From Neophaeotheca triangularis (lineage: Eukaryota): a DNA stretch of 64,000 bases. Shown here piece after piece: positions 23,118 to 34,530 of the stretch. The number at the start of each line of letters is the position of its first letter. Positions within the stretch are counted from its first letter, which is position 1. Under the pieces are notes generated by a model. The model was not told where the DNA came from. It saw only the letters and a list, made by a program, of their open reading frames with translations, and did no database searches. The stretch spans positions 186,001 through 250,000 of the forward strand of contig BAAIJX010000003.1 of the NCBI GenBank assembly GCA_054600435.1, given 5' to 3'. A program made the translations under genes and the position numbers.

Positions 23118-26100
23118 TCACCCATAACTTTGATACCCGCCCTCCCTAGCCCTCTCGCGCTCCTTCTCCCGCTTCCGCCTACCCAACCCCACAAGCCCCT
23201 TCAGCCCATCCCCGCCATGGCTCCCACCCGCACTCCCCGCGCTTTTGCGCTCCTGCTCCCTCTCCCGCTCTTGCTGCTTAAGCAGCTTGCGTCTGCGCTC
23301 CTTCTCCTCCCGTTCGCGCGCTTTCTCGCGCTCGCGCTCTTTATCCTTTTCGCGCTCGCGCTCGCGTTCCTTGCTCACGGCGATAGCGAATTTACCGCTC
23401 TTGCTGCCGCTGCCGCTGCCGCTTGTTGGGTTGCTGTTGCCGCCGCCGCTGTGGCCGTGGTCGCCGCCGCCGCCGCCGCTACCGCCACTGCGTTTCTCGC
23501 GCTCGCGCATAAGTTGTTGTCGGATTTCGCGCTCGTAGCTAGGGAGAGCTGTGGGCGCGGCTTCCGTGTCGGAGCTCACGGTTGAGGAGATGTTGGAGGC
23601 GCTTGCTGAGGCGGATGCGCTGGCGGAGAGTGTCGGGGAGTACGAGGGCGAGGGCGCGTTGTCGGCTGAGTGGTGGGAACGGTGGTGTTGGTGGCGGGGG
23701 TGGGGTTGAGTCGAAGAGGAGTAGTGGTGGCGCATGGAGTGGGAGGCGCGTGGTTGGTGGGGTTGACGGGCTGTGGAGGTGGAAGGGGCGTCCATGCTTG
23801 CGCGTTCGCGGGAGCGGGCGAAGGGGGGTTGGCGGTGGGAAAGGGTTGGAGTCGTGCTCTGGGGTGGCGAGGAGTAGAGGGCTCGTCGGCGGCGGCGGGC
23901 CGTGTCGTTGGAGACGGCCCGTTGGTGTTCTTCGTCCGAGTCCAAGGTTGTACGCTCGTTTCGGAGTTGGAGGGCTGCTTCTTCGGCTGCATCAAGGTTG
24001 TTGGCATCAGGTCGAGGTGCTAGTGCCGGATCAGTGGCTATTCGTTCTGCGACGCTGTCCATGGTAGGCTCTGGGTGGCCGTTGTTACCGTGCCATATAT
24101 GACGCCCATTGGTGTCGGTTGCAGACGCGGCGTCTGGTTGCTGCAGTTGATCGATGACTTCTTCCCATCGGAAGCTCAAAGCACTACTCGGCCGCTCAGC
24201 CCGCTCCGCTCGTCTCAAACATTCCTGCGTACGTGCATCCAAGCTCACGCAGAGCTCATGGAACGCGAGGAGATCGCCGTCCGATGCCTTGATAGACGAG
24301 GCAACACTTGGGGTGTTCTGTTGACGCGGCATCGGCGAATCGGCGTATTGATTGTTCTCTTCACCCGAAGTCGCTTCCAGCCAGAGACTGACGAGGTCAG
24401 CAAAGTTCCGCGCCTGGTCAATCAGATATGGCAAGCTTGGAAAGCCTTCACGACTGGTAGGCGGAAGTCGTCGCATGATCGTCATGGGCGTGGTATAGCT
24501 GAGATTTGTCTCGGCGCTCACAGGGTGCGTGGGGGAGGAGGCAGTGCTTGAATTGGCGGTGGTAGACGTCGAGTAATTGCCGCCAGCAGCTGACGACAAC
24601 GGGGTGGGAACGTAGCAGATATCGTCGATGAAGGCCTTGAAACTCTCGCGGTTATTGCTGAGGAAGCTATTCATCGGCTCCATCCATATCTCCTTGGTGC
24701 CGAAACTGGCCATGTTAGCCAAAGTTTGCAGCGACTTTGCGATTAGGGTGAAGCTTCGACGGGCGCGAGGTTTAATATCGTCCTTGACCAGCGAGAACAA
24801 ACCGGGGTTGAGTACAGCTGGGCAGAAGAAGCGCAGGAAGAGGAATCCGCTGACGCTCGAATAGCTGACACTTCTCAGATAGTCGCCGTATCTGTCTTCA
24901 GCACAGGCGCGAATATGACGAAAAATGACGCGCAACTCAACGGGGCACTTGTGTTTCGCCGCTACGATACTCTTCCAGACCCCTTCAGTCAGACCCAGCA
25001 AGCGCCGCCAGTTGCGATCAACTTCAGCTTGAGAGAGGCCTTTGTTGGGATCGACTTCACAATCGGTATCCGATGAAGCAATGGCGTTCAAGGGCGCAGA
25101 GAGCGAAAGGGCGAGAAACTCGCGGCCTACACGCCGCATGTGCGAGTCGAGTGACTTGGTGAGTAAGGTGTTGCCTCGAAAAAGCAGATTCGCCTCGAGT
25201 GTGGCGTTCTTATTCATGTCTCGCACCAGGAGCTCCCTGTCCGACGGACTCGGTGTTTCGCCGCTTTCGGTGCTACCCATGCGTACGCGAGAATAGCGAA
25301 GGCGTGAAAGAGGCGTCGACGGCGTCTCTTTCGAGATGCCGTCAATCTCGTCTTCTACCAATGCAGTCAGCCAGTCAGCCACTGTACCAGAGACCTGGAA
25401 AATGTTCAGCAAACACTCAGACAGTCGTTTGAGCTCCGAAGGGACGAGTTGCGCGAGTTGCAGAGTCAGACCGTTGGAAAACCGATGCAACAGATCGCAA
25501 AGTGGTTGATAGTCGCGCGCCATGAGAATGACGCCCTCCTCCGCTCGAGCTTTGATCAAAATCTCCCCAACACGCTGCCCGTACATGTTGACCACAGGCC
25601 ACCATTTCTCGACTTCCTTGGCGGCTTCCAATTCATCCAGGTAGATTTCGACCTTGCCAATGGTGACGTCAAACGTCATGCCGCTGTAGCCACCATTCGA
25701 GTCGCCTGTGAAACCGTACGCTTCGTGCACGAGCCGGGAAGCTTGCTGTTCGCGCGCGTGCGTAGCTTCAGGAGCCCTCCGTTTGATGACAACAGAGGCG
25801 CTTGTAAGTACGGCGGGCAGGTCGAGAAACTCAAACGACTCGCCCCATAACGGTGTAAGACCTTCATACTTGACCACCGTCTTCCCTCTAGTTTCGTTGT
25901 CAAGCAGGACCTCCACGTGATGACCGTAATGCTCTGGCCTGGTGTCCTTGCTGCCTCCAACAGCTCTGCTGTGACCACCACTGAAGCCCGATTCTGGTGA
26001 TGCAGACGGATCCGCTGTGGCAGGTGGATACATCTTCGCCTCGACAACGCGAATGCTCAAGCTTCGCTCCATACGGAACATGTCCGTCGTCGAGGTTGCA

Positions 26101-28112
26101 ATCATCTTTTCCACGTCCTGGCCGCCTTCCGCTAGTCCGTTCTCGCCTTCTGAAGACGTGGTTCGAGGGCCGTAGAGTTGCGGTATCGTGAATGCCCGTA
26201 ACAAGACAAACCACACCTCATACAGCACCCTGCTCTCTAAGCTGAGGAAGATGGGTCGGAGGAGCGTCGTGCTGCCGGCAGCATTACTCGTATACTGTGG
26301 ATAGATGGCAATGCAGAATTCATTGTCCAGCACGCTCGCGTCCAGCCTTTGGATTGCGCATCTCGACAACTGGCTGAGCTGTACCACAGACACAAGGTTG
26401 TTGTCAGCGTCTGAGTACAGTTTGAGCTCTCCGTTCTCCCTCAACTGCCCGCTGATCCTCCGCCATCTTCTCGACCCATAGCTCTGCATCCGATATGCCT
26501 GCGGTCTTCCCGTCCCGGGCAAACCCATACCACCTCCAGTGTTTGGTGCGTTGCTGTAGCTCACGTTCGTGTCCCAATAGATCATCTTACCAATCTTAAT
26601 AACTGGTGCCTCCTTCGTTCCTGGAATGCCGCCTTTGCGCCTTGGACTCCTTTCACTGCCTGCACGATCCCTAGTCGAGGCATGCTGAGAAGAAATCCTG
26701 GGAGGTGGCTCAGGCGGTGTAGGTGCCGCCGCCGTAGCGTTAGGCTGTGGGTGGGTGGTCTTGTTTGCTTGTCCTTTAGGGGGAATCGGGTGCCAGCAAA
26801 GCAGCGCAGCAAACCAAGAATCGAAATCGGCTTGGTTCAGCAGTTTGATGTGCACCTCCGACGTCGAGTGTGGTAAGCTCACGTCCAGGTATGGCACCTC
26901 CCCGTCGTTCTCCAACTTGACCGAGCATCCTCTTAAATCGGGTATCAAAGTCTTGTGTGTGCCTTCGCCACCTTTGGGCTCGTACAACAGACTCCCCGCT
27001 TCTTCCTGTATATAACAATAGCTCAAATTCCACGGTGCGGCGGCCCCTCTCCTGTACATCAACTTCCCACTCATCCTCCCTTGCAATGTCTTCATCAAAT
27101 GCAGTATCCTTCTCGCGTTTGCAGTCGGCAGGGTCGAAGTAATGCTCTCTGCTGTAGTAGACGATACGGGAGATATCGACCGTCTCCCAGCAGTTACATC
27201 GGCGGGAAGTTGGACGGGGCTCCCAAGGGACGAAATCGAAGGTGCCGAAGGCGGCGACGTTGCCGCAGGAACCGAAGCCAGGTACTCGGCGCCTTGGAAA
27301 CTCGAAGGACTGCCGGGCGTATTGACGCTACCAATGCGCTTGCGACTTCGAGTCAGCAGTGCAGTCGGCGAGCGATCTCTCGCAGTTCTCTCGTCCAATG
27401 TCCTTGTTCGCGGCCGAGCGGCCGCGTTGTAAGCCTCCCTCGCAGACATTGGCTCCTCCCGAGTGCTGACTCCGCCTCCGCCTCCGCCATTGTGTCCACT
27501 GCCCGAACGCCCCAACATTCCAGAACGCGACGCACCGCTAGCACCGCTCCCGCCGTTCCGGTGACTGGTTCTGCTCGCACCACCACGGTCCCAATCCCTC
27601 CTCTTCCTCAACGTGCGATTCCTGTCTGGCGGTGAGGAAGCCGTCGCTTCAGACGCGGTACTCGGGGACGCGTACGCTGCTGCTGCAGCAGCACCGCCCA
27701 CAATAGTCGTTGTCGTGTGGGGCAGAAATTGCCGTTCGAAGCTCGTAGTTTCGCGCGCCTCGACAACGAGCGAGTCTCTTTCGGCCTCGTCTTGGTGATC
27801 GAAGCCTGGGCGTCCGCTGGTACTTTCACCCCCTGCTGCAGGCCTTCCACCGACCGAATGCGCCGACGCCGCAGAACTCTCGGGTGTCACAGCGCGAACG
27901 GTAGGAGCCGTGGTGGGAGAGGTACCCGTAGCGGTGTAACCGACACCGACCGCAGTATCACGTGTGCTGTTGTAGTCCTCGACGATAGACGCCGTTCTAG
28001 GCGTGGGGTTGGTGTGGGTGGCCTGCTTTTTTTCGTCCGCCAACCATTCGTCATAGAGACTCGGCTCCTTTCTGCGCCGCTGCTCTGTCCAGCGTTGTCG
28101 CCGTCCCTCCAT
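23118..28112 (-). CDS. BUD2: Ras GTPase-activating protein, Bud2/Cla2-like (PH-like + C2 + RasGAP, long disordered termini)
   Basis: 1664-aa intronless ORF. LLFRGNTLLTK (arginine finger region), SGFLFLRFFCPAVLNP, LIAKSLQTLAN, C2-like PLWGESFEFLDLP. Confidence 0.87.
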   Translation of the reverse strand: MEGRRQRWTEQRRRKEPSLYDEWLADEKKQATHTNPTPRTASIVEDYNSTRDTAVGVGYTATGTSPTTAPTVRAVTPESSAASAHSVGGRPAAGGESTSGRPGFDHQDEAERDSLVVEARETTSFERQFLPHTTTTIVGGAAAAAAYASPSTASEATASSPPDRNRTLRKRRDWDRGGASRTSHRNGGSGASGASRSGMLGRSGSGHNGGGGGGVSTREEPMSAREAYNAAARPRTRTLDERTARDRSPTALLTRSRKRIGSVNTPGSPSSFQGAEYLASVPAATSPPSAPSISSLGSPVQLPADVTAGRRSISPVSSTTAESITSTLPTANARRILHLMKTLQGRMSGKLMYRRGAAAPWNLSYCYIQEEAGSLLYEPKGGEGTHKTLIPDLRGCSVKLENDGEVPYLDVSLPHSTSEVHIKLLNQADFDSWFAALLCWHPIPPKGQANKTTHPQPNATAAAPTPPEPPPRISSQHASTRDRAGSERSPRRKGGIPGTKEAPVIKIGKMIYWDTNVSYSNAPNTGGGMGLPGTGRPQAYRMQSYGSRRWRRISGQLRENGELKLYSDADNNLVSVVQLSQLSRCAIQRLDASVLDNEFCIAIYPQYTSNAAGSTTLLRPIFLSLESRVLYEVWFVLLRAFTIPQLYGPRTTSSEGENGLAEGGQDVEKMIATSTTDMFRMERSLSIRVVEAKMYPPATADPSASPESGFSGGHSRAVGGSKDTRPEHYGHHVEVLLDNETRGKTVVKYEGLTPLWGESFEFLDLPAVLTSASVVIKRRAPEATHAREQQASRLVHEAYGFTGDSNGGYSGMTFDVTIGKVEIYLDELEAAKEVEKWWPVVNMYGQRVGEILIKARAEEGVILMARDYQPLCDLLHRFSNGLTLQLAQLVPSELKRLSECLLNIFQVSGTVADWLTALVEDEIDGISKETPSTPLSRLRYSRVRMGSTESGETPSPSDRELLVRDMNKNATLEANLLFRGNTLLTKSLDSHMRRVGREFLALSLSAPLNAIASSDTDCEVDPNKGLSQAEVDRNWRRLLGLTEGVWKSIVAAKHKCPVELRVIFRHIRACAEDRYGDYLRSVSYSSVSGFLFLRFFCPAVLNPGLFSLVKDDIKPRARRSFTLIAKSLQTLANMASFGTKEIWMEPMNSFLSNNRESFKAFIDDICYVPTPLSSAAGGNYSTSTTANSSTASSPTHPVSAETNLSYTTPMTIMRRLPPTSREGFPSLPYLIDQARNFADLVSLWLEATSGEENNQYADSPMPRQQNTPSVASSIKASDGDLLAFHELCVSLDARTQECLRRAERAERPSSALSFRWEEVIDQLQQPDAASATDTNGRHIWHGNNGHPEPTMDSVAERIATDPALAPRPDANNLDAAEEAALQLRNERTTLDSDEEHQRAVSNDTARRRRRALYSSPPQSTTPTLSHRQPPFARSRERASMDAPSTSTARQPHQPRASHSMRHHYSSSTQPHPRHQHHRSHHSADNAPSPSYSPTLSASASASASASNISSTVSSDTEAAPTALPSYEREIRQQLMREREKRSGGSGGGGGDHGHSGGGNSNPTSGSGSGSKSGKFAIAVSKEREREREKDKEREREKAREREEKERRRKLLKQQEREREQERKSAGSAGGSHGGDGLKGLVGLGRRKREKERERAREGGYQSYG

Positions 28113-29083
28113 CTTCGCCGCAGCGACCTTTTTCCTAGGTACCTGGCGTTCAGCCTAAGAAAAAGGTCCGCTCGCTGCTGCAGCTGCAGGAATGGTAGAT
28201 TGCTGGCCGAGGGGAATGCTGCATCGGCGGTGTGTGTTCGCATTCGGAAAGGCGGGCGAGTGGGCTTGATCTATGGGGTACAGGCGAGATCAAAGTACAA
28301 GAGTATATTGTTGCTGTAGTGCCAATACTCAAAGTGGGTAGGTAACAGGATCGCGATGCTCCCACAGTCGTCGTCGTCGTCGTTATCGGCGCACGCGTGA
28401 CGCGCTGCGCAGCCGTTTACCGTAGTCCGACAACGCTGCTTTCCCTTTTGCCCGCTTCGTCTGCTCTACTTCGAACGCCAAGATATCCCCGCGATATTTG
28501 GATACACAGTCTCGACAGTACGGACGGCATTGAACGAGGACTCCACTCGTCAAAGGCTTGGGATAATGTCGCAAAGAGCCATTGGCACAGCAAGCGAGCG
28601 AGGATTATGATGTTCTTAAGGTACAATGATTACATATTGTTACTGTGAGAACGGGTTACATGCAGGCACGAGAAGCATAATCGTGACTTGCTTGGTACCT
28701 TACCCAGTGGAAAGCAGTAGTGCATGAGTTTCGCCTGCTTCGCTTACCGAGACCAAGCTCACTATCCCGTACAAGCTTCAACTAGTGTATCAGGGCCTGA
28801 AGAGAACGTAGGTACTGTGGGGGCCAATAGGAACGGCATCAAGATAGCAAACCGTACCATTGCAAACGGAAATGTAGAGCAGTGGCGAGGAATACTGAGA
28901 GCGAACCAGCACTCGCAGCAGAATCTTGGTATCCCTATACGTATCGTCAAAAAATAGCATCTTTCATCAACCCAAACGCAGCCCAAGTCCCGAAACCATC
29001 AAACGAGATAGAGCCCCCCCCCAACAACCACAGCCTCAATCCAGTGCTCTGATAACCGAAAAGTGGAAAGGCAGGCTGCCTCC

Positions 29084-30472
29084 CTAACTATCCCCCCTCC
29101 CCCTTCCCCCTCTCCCCCTCAAACTCCCTCCAGCTCCCTCTTCGCTGCCAACGGGACTCATCCTCTCGCTGCCAGGCGGTCCTCCGCTCCCAACGCTAGT
29201 CCCACCAGGGTGCCGCAGATCTCCGCTCGCAGTTTTCCTGACTGCCTGTCTCATCGTCTCGATCGCCAGCCCACTACCACTTCCCAAAAGCTGACCGGGG
29301 CTTGCTGCCGCACTGCCCAGACTCCGGATGGAATGCGGGCTAGCCGTTCTAGCGGGCGATCTCGCTCCTTGGACCGGCGGAGTGGTCACGGCGGGAGAGG
29401 GAAAGGAGGTCGAGGAAGGGGAGCCTGGCGTGCTTCCTGCGACTGCGGCGGTGGAGAGATTGTGCTGATGGCCGCCTGTTGGGTTTGGCGCGGGTCGCGG
29501 GAGAGAGGAGAAATCGGCTGGGAAGCTGGGGATGGATGTTTCGGCCGCGGCGCTGTCTATTTGCGACAATGGATGGGGAGAAGCATGTTGGTGGTGTTCA
29601 TCCTGCACGACGTCCGCGAAACTGATGAAGCTGAGGCGGTGGAGGTCGTTCGGGTCCAGTGCGCCGTAGTTGCTGCCGCTGTCGCCGTCGAAGCTTTGGC
29701 TAGCTAGGGAGACTTGCGAGGGGATGACGCCCGGGACGTGGGTTGCAGAGGCGGCTTCGGAGCCTTCCGAGGTCTCTTTGTGAAGGGTCGGTGGGTTGAA
29801 GGAGGAGGCGGGTGAGTGGAGGGATGACAGGTCGAGGTGGCTGGAGGAAGCTTCGAGTGGTGCTGTTGCGGGTTGATGAGAGTTCGTTGTGACAATCTCG
29901 ACATCGTCGGGATTGAGCTCTTCGCTAGTGATTGCTTGTGCGCTCGCCTCAAGAACTGGAGGGATGTGGTCTTCTGTTAGGACGTGGCTCGGCATGTGGG
30001 CTTCTTGGCCGAGAGACGAAGGAGGCGCGGGTTCTTGGACATTCCGTTCGAAGATTTCGCTCGAAGCAGGGGAGTGCAAGCGTGGCGAGCTGGATCGTAG
30101 ACGACTTGGGGAGTCGGCTGCCACTGTGCTGGACAACGGTGGCTGCATCCTCGCCGGAGTGGGGGGTATAGGTTGGGGCTTCGACTTGAGCTCTTGCTGC
30201 TGAGATGGGGACTCTGGCCGCATAGCCTCTACCGCCGCACGTGTTTGAGGTAGCATGCTTGGTTCCGATTCGTTGTCCATTGTCTTTCCCGGAGATCCGT
30301 CGTTGCCCGCTACGTTGCTCTTGCGTACTAGCTTCCGCTGCCCTGTCTTTGGATCTACCACTTCTTCCACAATCCCCTCTTGGAGCTGTCCTCGCTGGTC
30401 TGCTGATATGAGCGGAGTCGACGAATTCTGCGGTGATATCGGCCGTTGCGGTAGATGGTAAGATGGAGGCAT
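29084..30472 (-). CDS. Conserved fungal hypothetical protein, Ser/Pro-rich and disordered
   Basis: 462-aa ORF with SPASSEIFERNVQE, TEDHIPPVLEASAQAI, RLSFISFADVV and ETMRQAVRK blocks that I recognise as recurrent in fungal hypotheticals. The start may be preceded by a 5' exon. Confidence 0.75.
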   Translation of the reverse strand: MPPSYHLPQRPISPQNSSTPLISADQRGQLQEGIVEEVVDPKTGQRKLVRKSNVAGNDGSPGKTMDNESEPSMLPQTRAAVEAMRPESPSQQQELKSKPQPIPPTPARMQPPLSSTVAADSPSRLRSSSPRLHSPASSEIFERNVQEPAPPSSLGQEAHMPSHVLTEDHIPPVLEASAQAITSEELNPDDVEIVTTNSHQPATAPLEASSSHLDLSSLHSPASSFNPPTLHKETSEGSEAASATHVPGVIPSQVSLASQSFDGDSGSNYGALDPNDLHRLSFISFADVVQDEHHQHASPHPLSQIDSAAAETSIPSFPADFSSLPRPAPNPTGGHQHNLSTAAVAGSTPGSPSSTSFPSPAVTTPPVQGARSPARTASPHSIRSLGSAAASPGQLLGSGSGLAIETMRQAVRKTASGDLRHPGGTSVGSGGPPGSERMSPVGSEEGAGGSLRGRGGRGRGDS

Positions 30473-30982
30473 CGGAGAGTTTGCTACCTTTTCCTCGGTT
30501 CCAAGTTAAAATCACAAGACGCTTACCAACTTACTCAAGCGTGTCACAGCGCGGCTTGGAAGTGGCTGGTTTCAAGTTGCAGTCGTAAGACGCTGACCCT
30601 CAATGCTGCTCTCACAGTGCACTGCAATATCCTGATCCGTACCTGAGATGCACTTGGACCGATGGCTTCCTGCGAAACCACCTCTTGCTACCTAGGTGCT
30701 GCTGCAATCCACTTCAAAAGAGTAAGCTGACGAACGGACGAGGGTCCAAAGTCGAAGCGAAGTAGACAAACCCGATTTCCTGCAGGCGGAAGAGAAGGGC
30801 GTTGGTATGCGGGCAAACAAGAAGTCCAACAATAATCAGCGCAACACAGCCCACAAAAGTTATACAACCCCCCTCGAAAGCAAGGTGAAATGATCCAATC
30901 AGTCAAAGCGGCCCGCTTCTGAAGGGTAAGGTACAAGCCGCATACATACCTACCTGGTAGTCAGAGAAGCCGAAGACGAATC

Positions 30983-31011
30983 ATAATAATAATGATAATG
31001 ATAATAATAAT
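30983..31011. repeat. (ATA/ATG)n microsatellite
   Basis: ataataataatgataatgataataataat in intergenic DNA. Confidence 0.8.
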
Positions 31012-31980
31012 ATACTACTGTGCATGTGACCTCGGGCTTTCTTCAGCGCCCGATGACGTTCCCTTTCCCCCTCGCTCCGCCAGGGCAGAGCAGGGTTCCA
31101 AGGTTGTACAGGGCGAAACGAGTGTAATTCGACGCTCGGCTGTTCCAAGGGTCCAGCTTAGATGCAGAGAATAGTTTGCAAGTGCCCGAATAGCCGGGAA
31201 ATATCGGTTAAAACCCTCCTACCTAAGAATAATACATTACCTTATACGAGGTTAACCTTCCAGGTTCACCTATCAACCTTATGATCCGTCTCTACAAGGA
31301 GATACCTATGATAACAAGATGCGACGCGTGGAAAAATGCTCGTTCAAACCTTTTGATCCGCCTCTCTCGTACTGTCGTACAGGAACGCGGCGGCGTTTGA
31401 GATCTGCAGTTTCAAAGTTGGCGTGCCATGGCGGGTAGCAGTGTCATTGTGCGTGAGTTGCAGTGTACCTAGGTACGGCTCGAGGATCGCAATTAGATTG
31501 ATGACATCTTCGGGGGAGTTTGAGCAATCCATGTAATAATAATGACAGTCGTTGGGCCTGTCGAGAGCAGTGTGGGTGGCTGGGTGGGTTTGGTCCGATG
31601 ATTGTTTGGTGCCGACAGCTTCCCGTGATACTGACCCAATCTTGTCGGTTGAGGGGCGGTTGATCTTGTTCAGATAAGGTAAAGTAGTCAGGAGAGAAAG
31701 AGATTGAAGTCGAGGTGCGGTATAACAGACCTGGAAGTCTACGCGTAGAGCTTCGAACTCATGAGGAAGGAGCAAGGCAAGCCTGAACCCACGCCAGAAA
31801 GGCGAGGGATCTGTGTGGACCAGCCTCGAGTTGTGATTATTGTCATGTTGTACAAGTCCTTGATGTACAATAGCCCTTACCCGACCCGCGTTGTGTCTTT
31901 CCCGACCACAACGGCAAAACCCCTGATGCACTATTGCTGCTCTGAAGGTTTGAAAGGCCGCTCAACTTCCTAAAAAACCA

Positions 31981-34176
31981 TTACCACAACTTCTCCTTCT
32001 CCTGCCTCTTTGCAAGCCCCTCTGGCTTCCGCATAAAACAGTCCAGCAGCACACCAGCAGCAACACCAACGTTCAAGCTCTCAACGCCTACATCCACAAC
32101 CTCCACCGGCCTCCCCTTTTCGCCCGTAACTTCATTTTGTCGCCTGTTGCTCGAATCTCCCCACTTGTTAGCGACAGGCTTACTCGGCCCGCCGATAACG
32201 GAAACCTCCCTGTCCGCCCTTCTCAGCATGATTTCTCTCAACCCCTCGCCCTCCGCTCCTAACATTAGAATGCAAGGATCTTTCGCCAGGGGACTGTCTT
32301 TGCTTAGGACCTCCGAAGTGACGTGTTTACCGGCCTTGCTCGTCGTCATGAAATTCGGATCCGGTGGCGCGACCGAGGCGTAGACTTTCCACTGCCCAAC
32401 TTTCTGGCTATCGTAAATGAAGCCGGAGGGCTTAGGTGCGCCGAGAATCGTTAGAGCCTCGCAGGCGCCTGCGCTCGCTTTGGCGACGACTGCCGAGGAG
32501 AGTGGTGCGCAGGTGTTGGTTGCAACGACTACAGCGTCGACAGAATAGAAGTGAGCCGTACGTAAGATGTTACCCAGGTTACCTGGGTCCGTGATGCCGT
32601 CGAGGAAGAGGACGAGAGGGTAGCGCCAGCGGTTCGCTCCTGAGGAGGCGGGAAGGGCCGAGGGGGCGCCGTTGATGGAGATTTCTTCGGCAGATTGAGG
32701 GCATAACCTCAAGGGGATGATGGCGTGTTTCTGGTTGTGCTTGCCTAGGGAAAGCACTGGGGGAGAGGGCAAGCCAGAGGCTTCGAGAACGAAGTTGTTG
32801 TGGGGTCTGTCACCGCTCATGGCGTTTAGTAGACGAACGGATTGGTTGGGACGGATAGGGATTTTGTGTTTTCTTGCGAGTTGCAACATCTCGTCGCGGG
32901 CAGGTGAGACGGGGCCGTCGCGGAATTGGCGAGCGGTGTGGAGGGCGTAAAGCTTTCGTCGCCCTGCTCGGAGCGCGGCTAGTACAGTGTTGGTACCGTA
33001 AAGGAACTGGGAAGAAGCAGTACTATATGGTATGGAGACCGGGTGGCCATCTGCGTCATCGTCGGATACTTGGGATGGCTCTACGGAAGCTGCCTTTTGC
33101 TGTTGTTCCTTCTTTTCGCGTTCCGAGACCTGCAACGCTTCCGTGAGCTTTGCAACGTCCCTTTTCAGATCCGAAAGCTCCGTTCCCTCTGCTTCTGCTC
33201 GCTTCTTCAGCCAGATCAGATCCCGGTCGAGTGCTTGGGTTTGATCTGCCATGTCCACGCGCGAATCGGGTTGCCTCGAGCCGCCAGGTGGCAGTCTCTC
33301 TTTCATCATTTTCTCAATCATTCGAACGATCCGCTCAGACGCATTCTTCTCGTCGTGTTCCCGAGACCTTTGAGGGATGAATTTTGGTTTCCTATCTACC
33401 GCCCTATTATGCATCCTAAAGGATCCGTGAAGATGCGAAGTGAGGAGCTCGTATTTGCCGTTCCCTGTCGTCCAAAGCACGGTATATGCGCCCAATGGTC
33501 TATCCTCGGTGCGACGATAGACACGGCTTGGCATATGCTGCTTCAGGTACCGGTGAAACGACACGTTGCTGTGGTGATTCTTGTTCACCCACTTAACCAT
33601 CTTCCTTGCTCTATTGATGTGCAGCTGCAACCCAGAATTGTCTAGCGAACCCTCGACCTCTGAATCATGCAATGTAACGACATGGTCTGACAGCTCGTTC
33701 GCAAGCTCTTCTGGGTCAACAGGCATGGGTGCTTCTTCAACTAAAGCTCGCGGAGTTTCAGGATCTGAATCCCTGGGTTGACGATGCGGTGACGGAGGAC
33801 CTGCGAACGCATCGCCTGAGCTCTCTGAGACCTGCCTCACGATTCTGAGACCTTCCCTGCGCGGCTTCTTCAAATGATTTCCAGTCGCGATTTGACTCGC
33901 GGACTGCTTTTGGGATGGGTTCTGCCTTTCCGCTTCGTCGTTGGGCTCAGATAAAAGTGCTCTCTTTTCACGCCGGGGCAATCGTGCATCCTCACGTCGC
34001 ATTGGCTTGCTCCGTCCGCGGCCGGAGTCTCTGGAAGCGCGGAGGCCCTTGTTGATTGCGGAAGTGGTGGAGATGCCGCGATTGAGACATGACGGGCATG
34101 ATGGGCATGATGGCGAGAACAAGGTCAGCCATTTGGTGTAGAACAAGGGCGTTAGAGCAGTGCGCGGTACTGTCAT
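31981..34176 (-). CDS. MRM1: Mitochondrial rRNA 2'-O-methyltransferase (SpoU/TrmH family)
   Basis: SIPYSTASSQFLYG, RPHNNFVLEAS, LDGITDPGNLGNILRTA, KASAGA, LGAEGEGL, VESLNVGVAAG. Confidence 0.88.
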   Translation of the reverse strand: MTVPRTALTPLFYTKWLTLFSPSCPSCPSCLNRGISTTSAINKGLRASRDSGRGRSKPMRREDARLPRREKRALLSEPNDEAERQNPSQKQSASQIATGNHLKKPRREGLRIVRQVSESSGDAFAGPPSPHRQPRDSDPETPRALVEEAPMPVDPEELANELSDHVVTLHDSEVEGSLDNSGLQLHINRARKMVKWVNKNHHSNVSFHRYLKQHMPSRVYRRTEDRPLGAYTVLWTTGNGKYELLTSHLHGSFRMHNRAVDRKPKFIPQRSREHDEKNASERIVRMIEKMMKERLPPGGSRQPDSRVDMADQTQALDRDLIWLKKRAEAEGTELSDLKRDVAKLTEALQVSEREKKEQQQKAASVEPSQVSDDDADGHPVSIPYSTASSQFLYGTNTVLAALRAGRRKLYALHTARQFRDGPVSPARDEMLQLARKHKIPIRPNQSVRLLNAMSGDRPHNNFVLEASGLPSPPVLSLGKHNQKHAIIPLRLCPQSAEEISINGAPSALPASSGANRWRYPLVLFLDGITDPGNLGNILRTAHFYSVDAVVVATNTCAPLSSAVVAKASAGACEALTILGAPKPSGFIYDSQKVGQWKVYASVAPPDPNFMTTSKAGKHVTSEVLSKDSPLAKDPCILMLGAEGEGLREIMLRRADREVSVIGGPSKPVANKWGDSSNRRQNEVTGEKGRPVEVVDVGVESLNVGVAAGVLLDCFMRKPEGLAKRQEKEKLW

Positions 34177-34530
34177 TGCATGTTGTTATGATGAGATGCC
34201 TACTTCAGCAGGAAGAAGGACGAAAAATTAAAGGGTGAATGTTGTATCCATGAATGTTGCTGCGGTTGGGGCATGGGCCACATAACGGCCTTGGCAATAT
34301 ACATCGAAGTCGCGTTCGATGAGCACGCGTCAAGATCTCTCTCCCCCCTCTTAGCCACAACATCACTTCGGGGGTTATCGACGATGTCAGTGTTTCGGCC
34401 GGATCGCGTTGTTCTCGCGACCAAGTGACATTGTCGAAAATCACCGTATCGATCACTTGGAGATACCACAAATCGCTGCCTACCTAATCTACGAGCTCCG
34501 ACCAACGTCAGTCCCTCATCAATCGTAGCC

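Noticed and set aside
31344..31931. 195-aa minus-strand ORF downstream of MRM1
   Set aside because: No motif or coding-like composition; probably 3' UTR or intergenic, though a small gene cannot be excluded.
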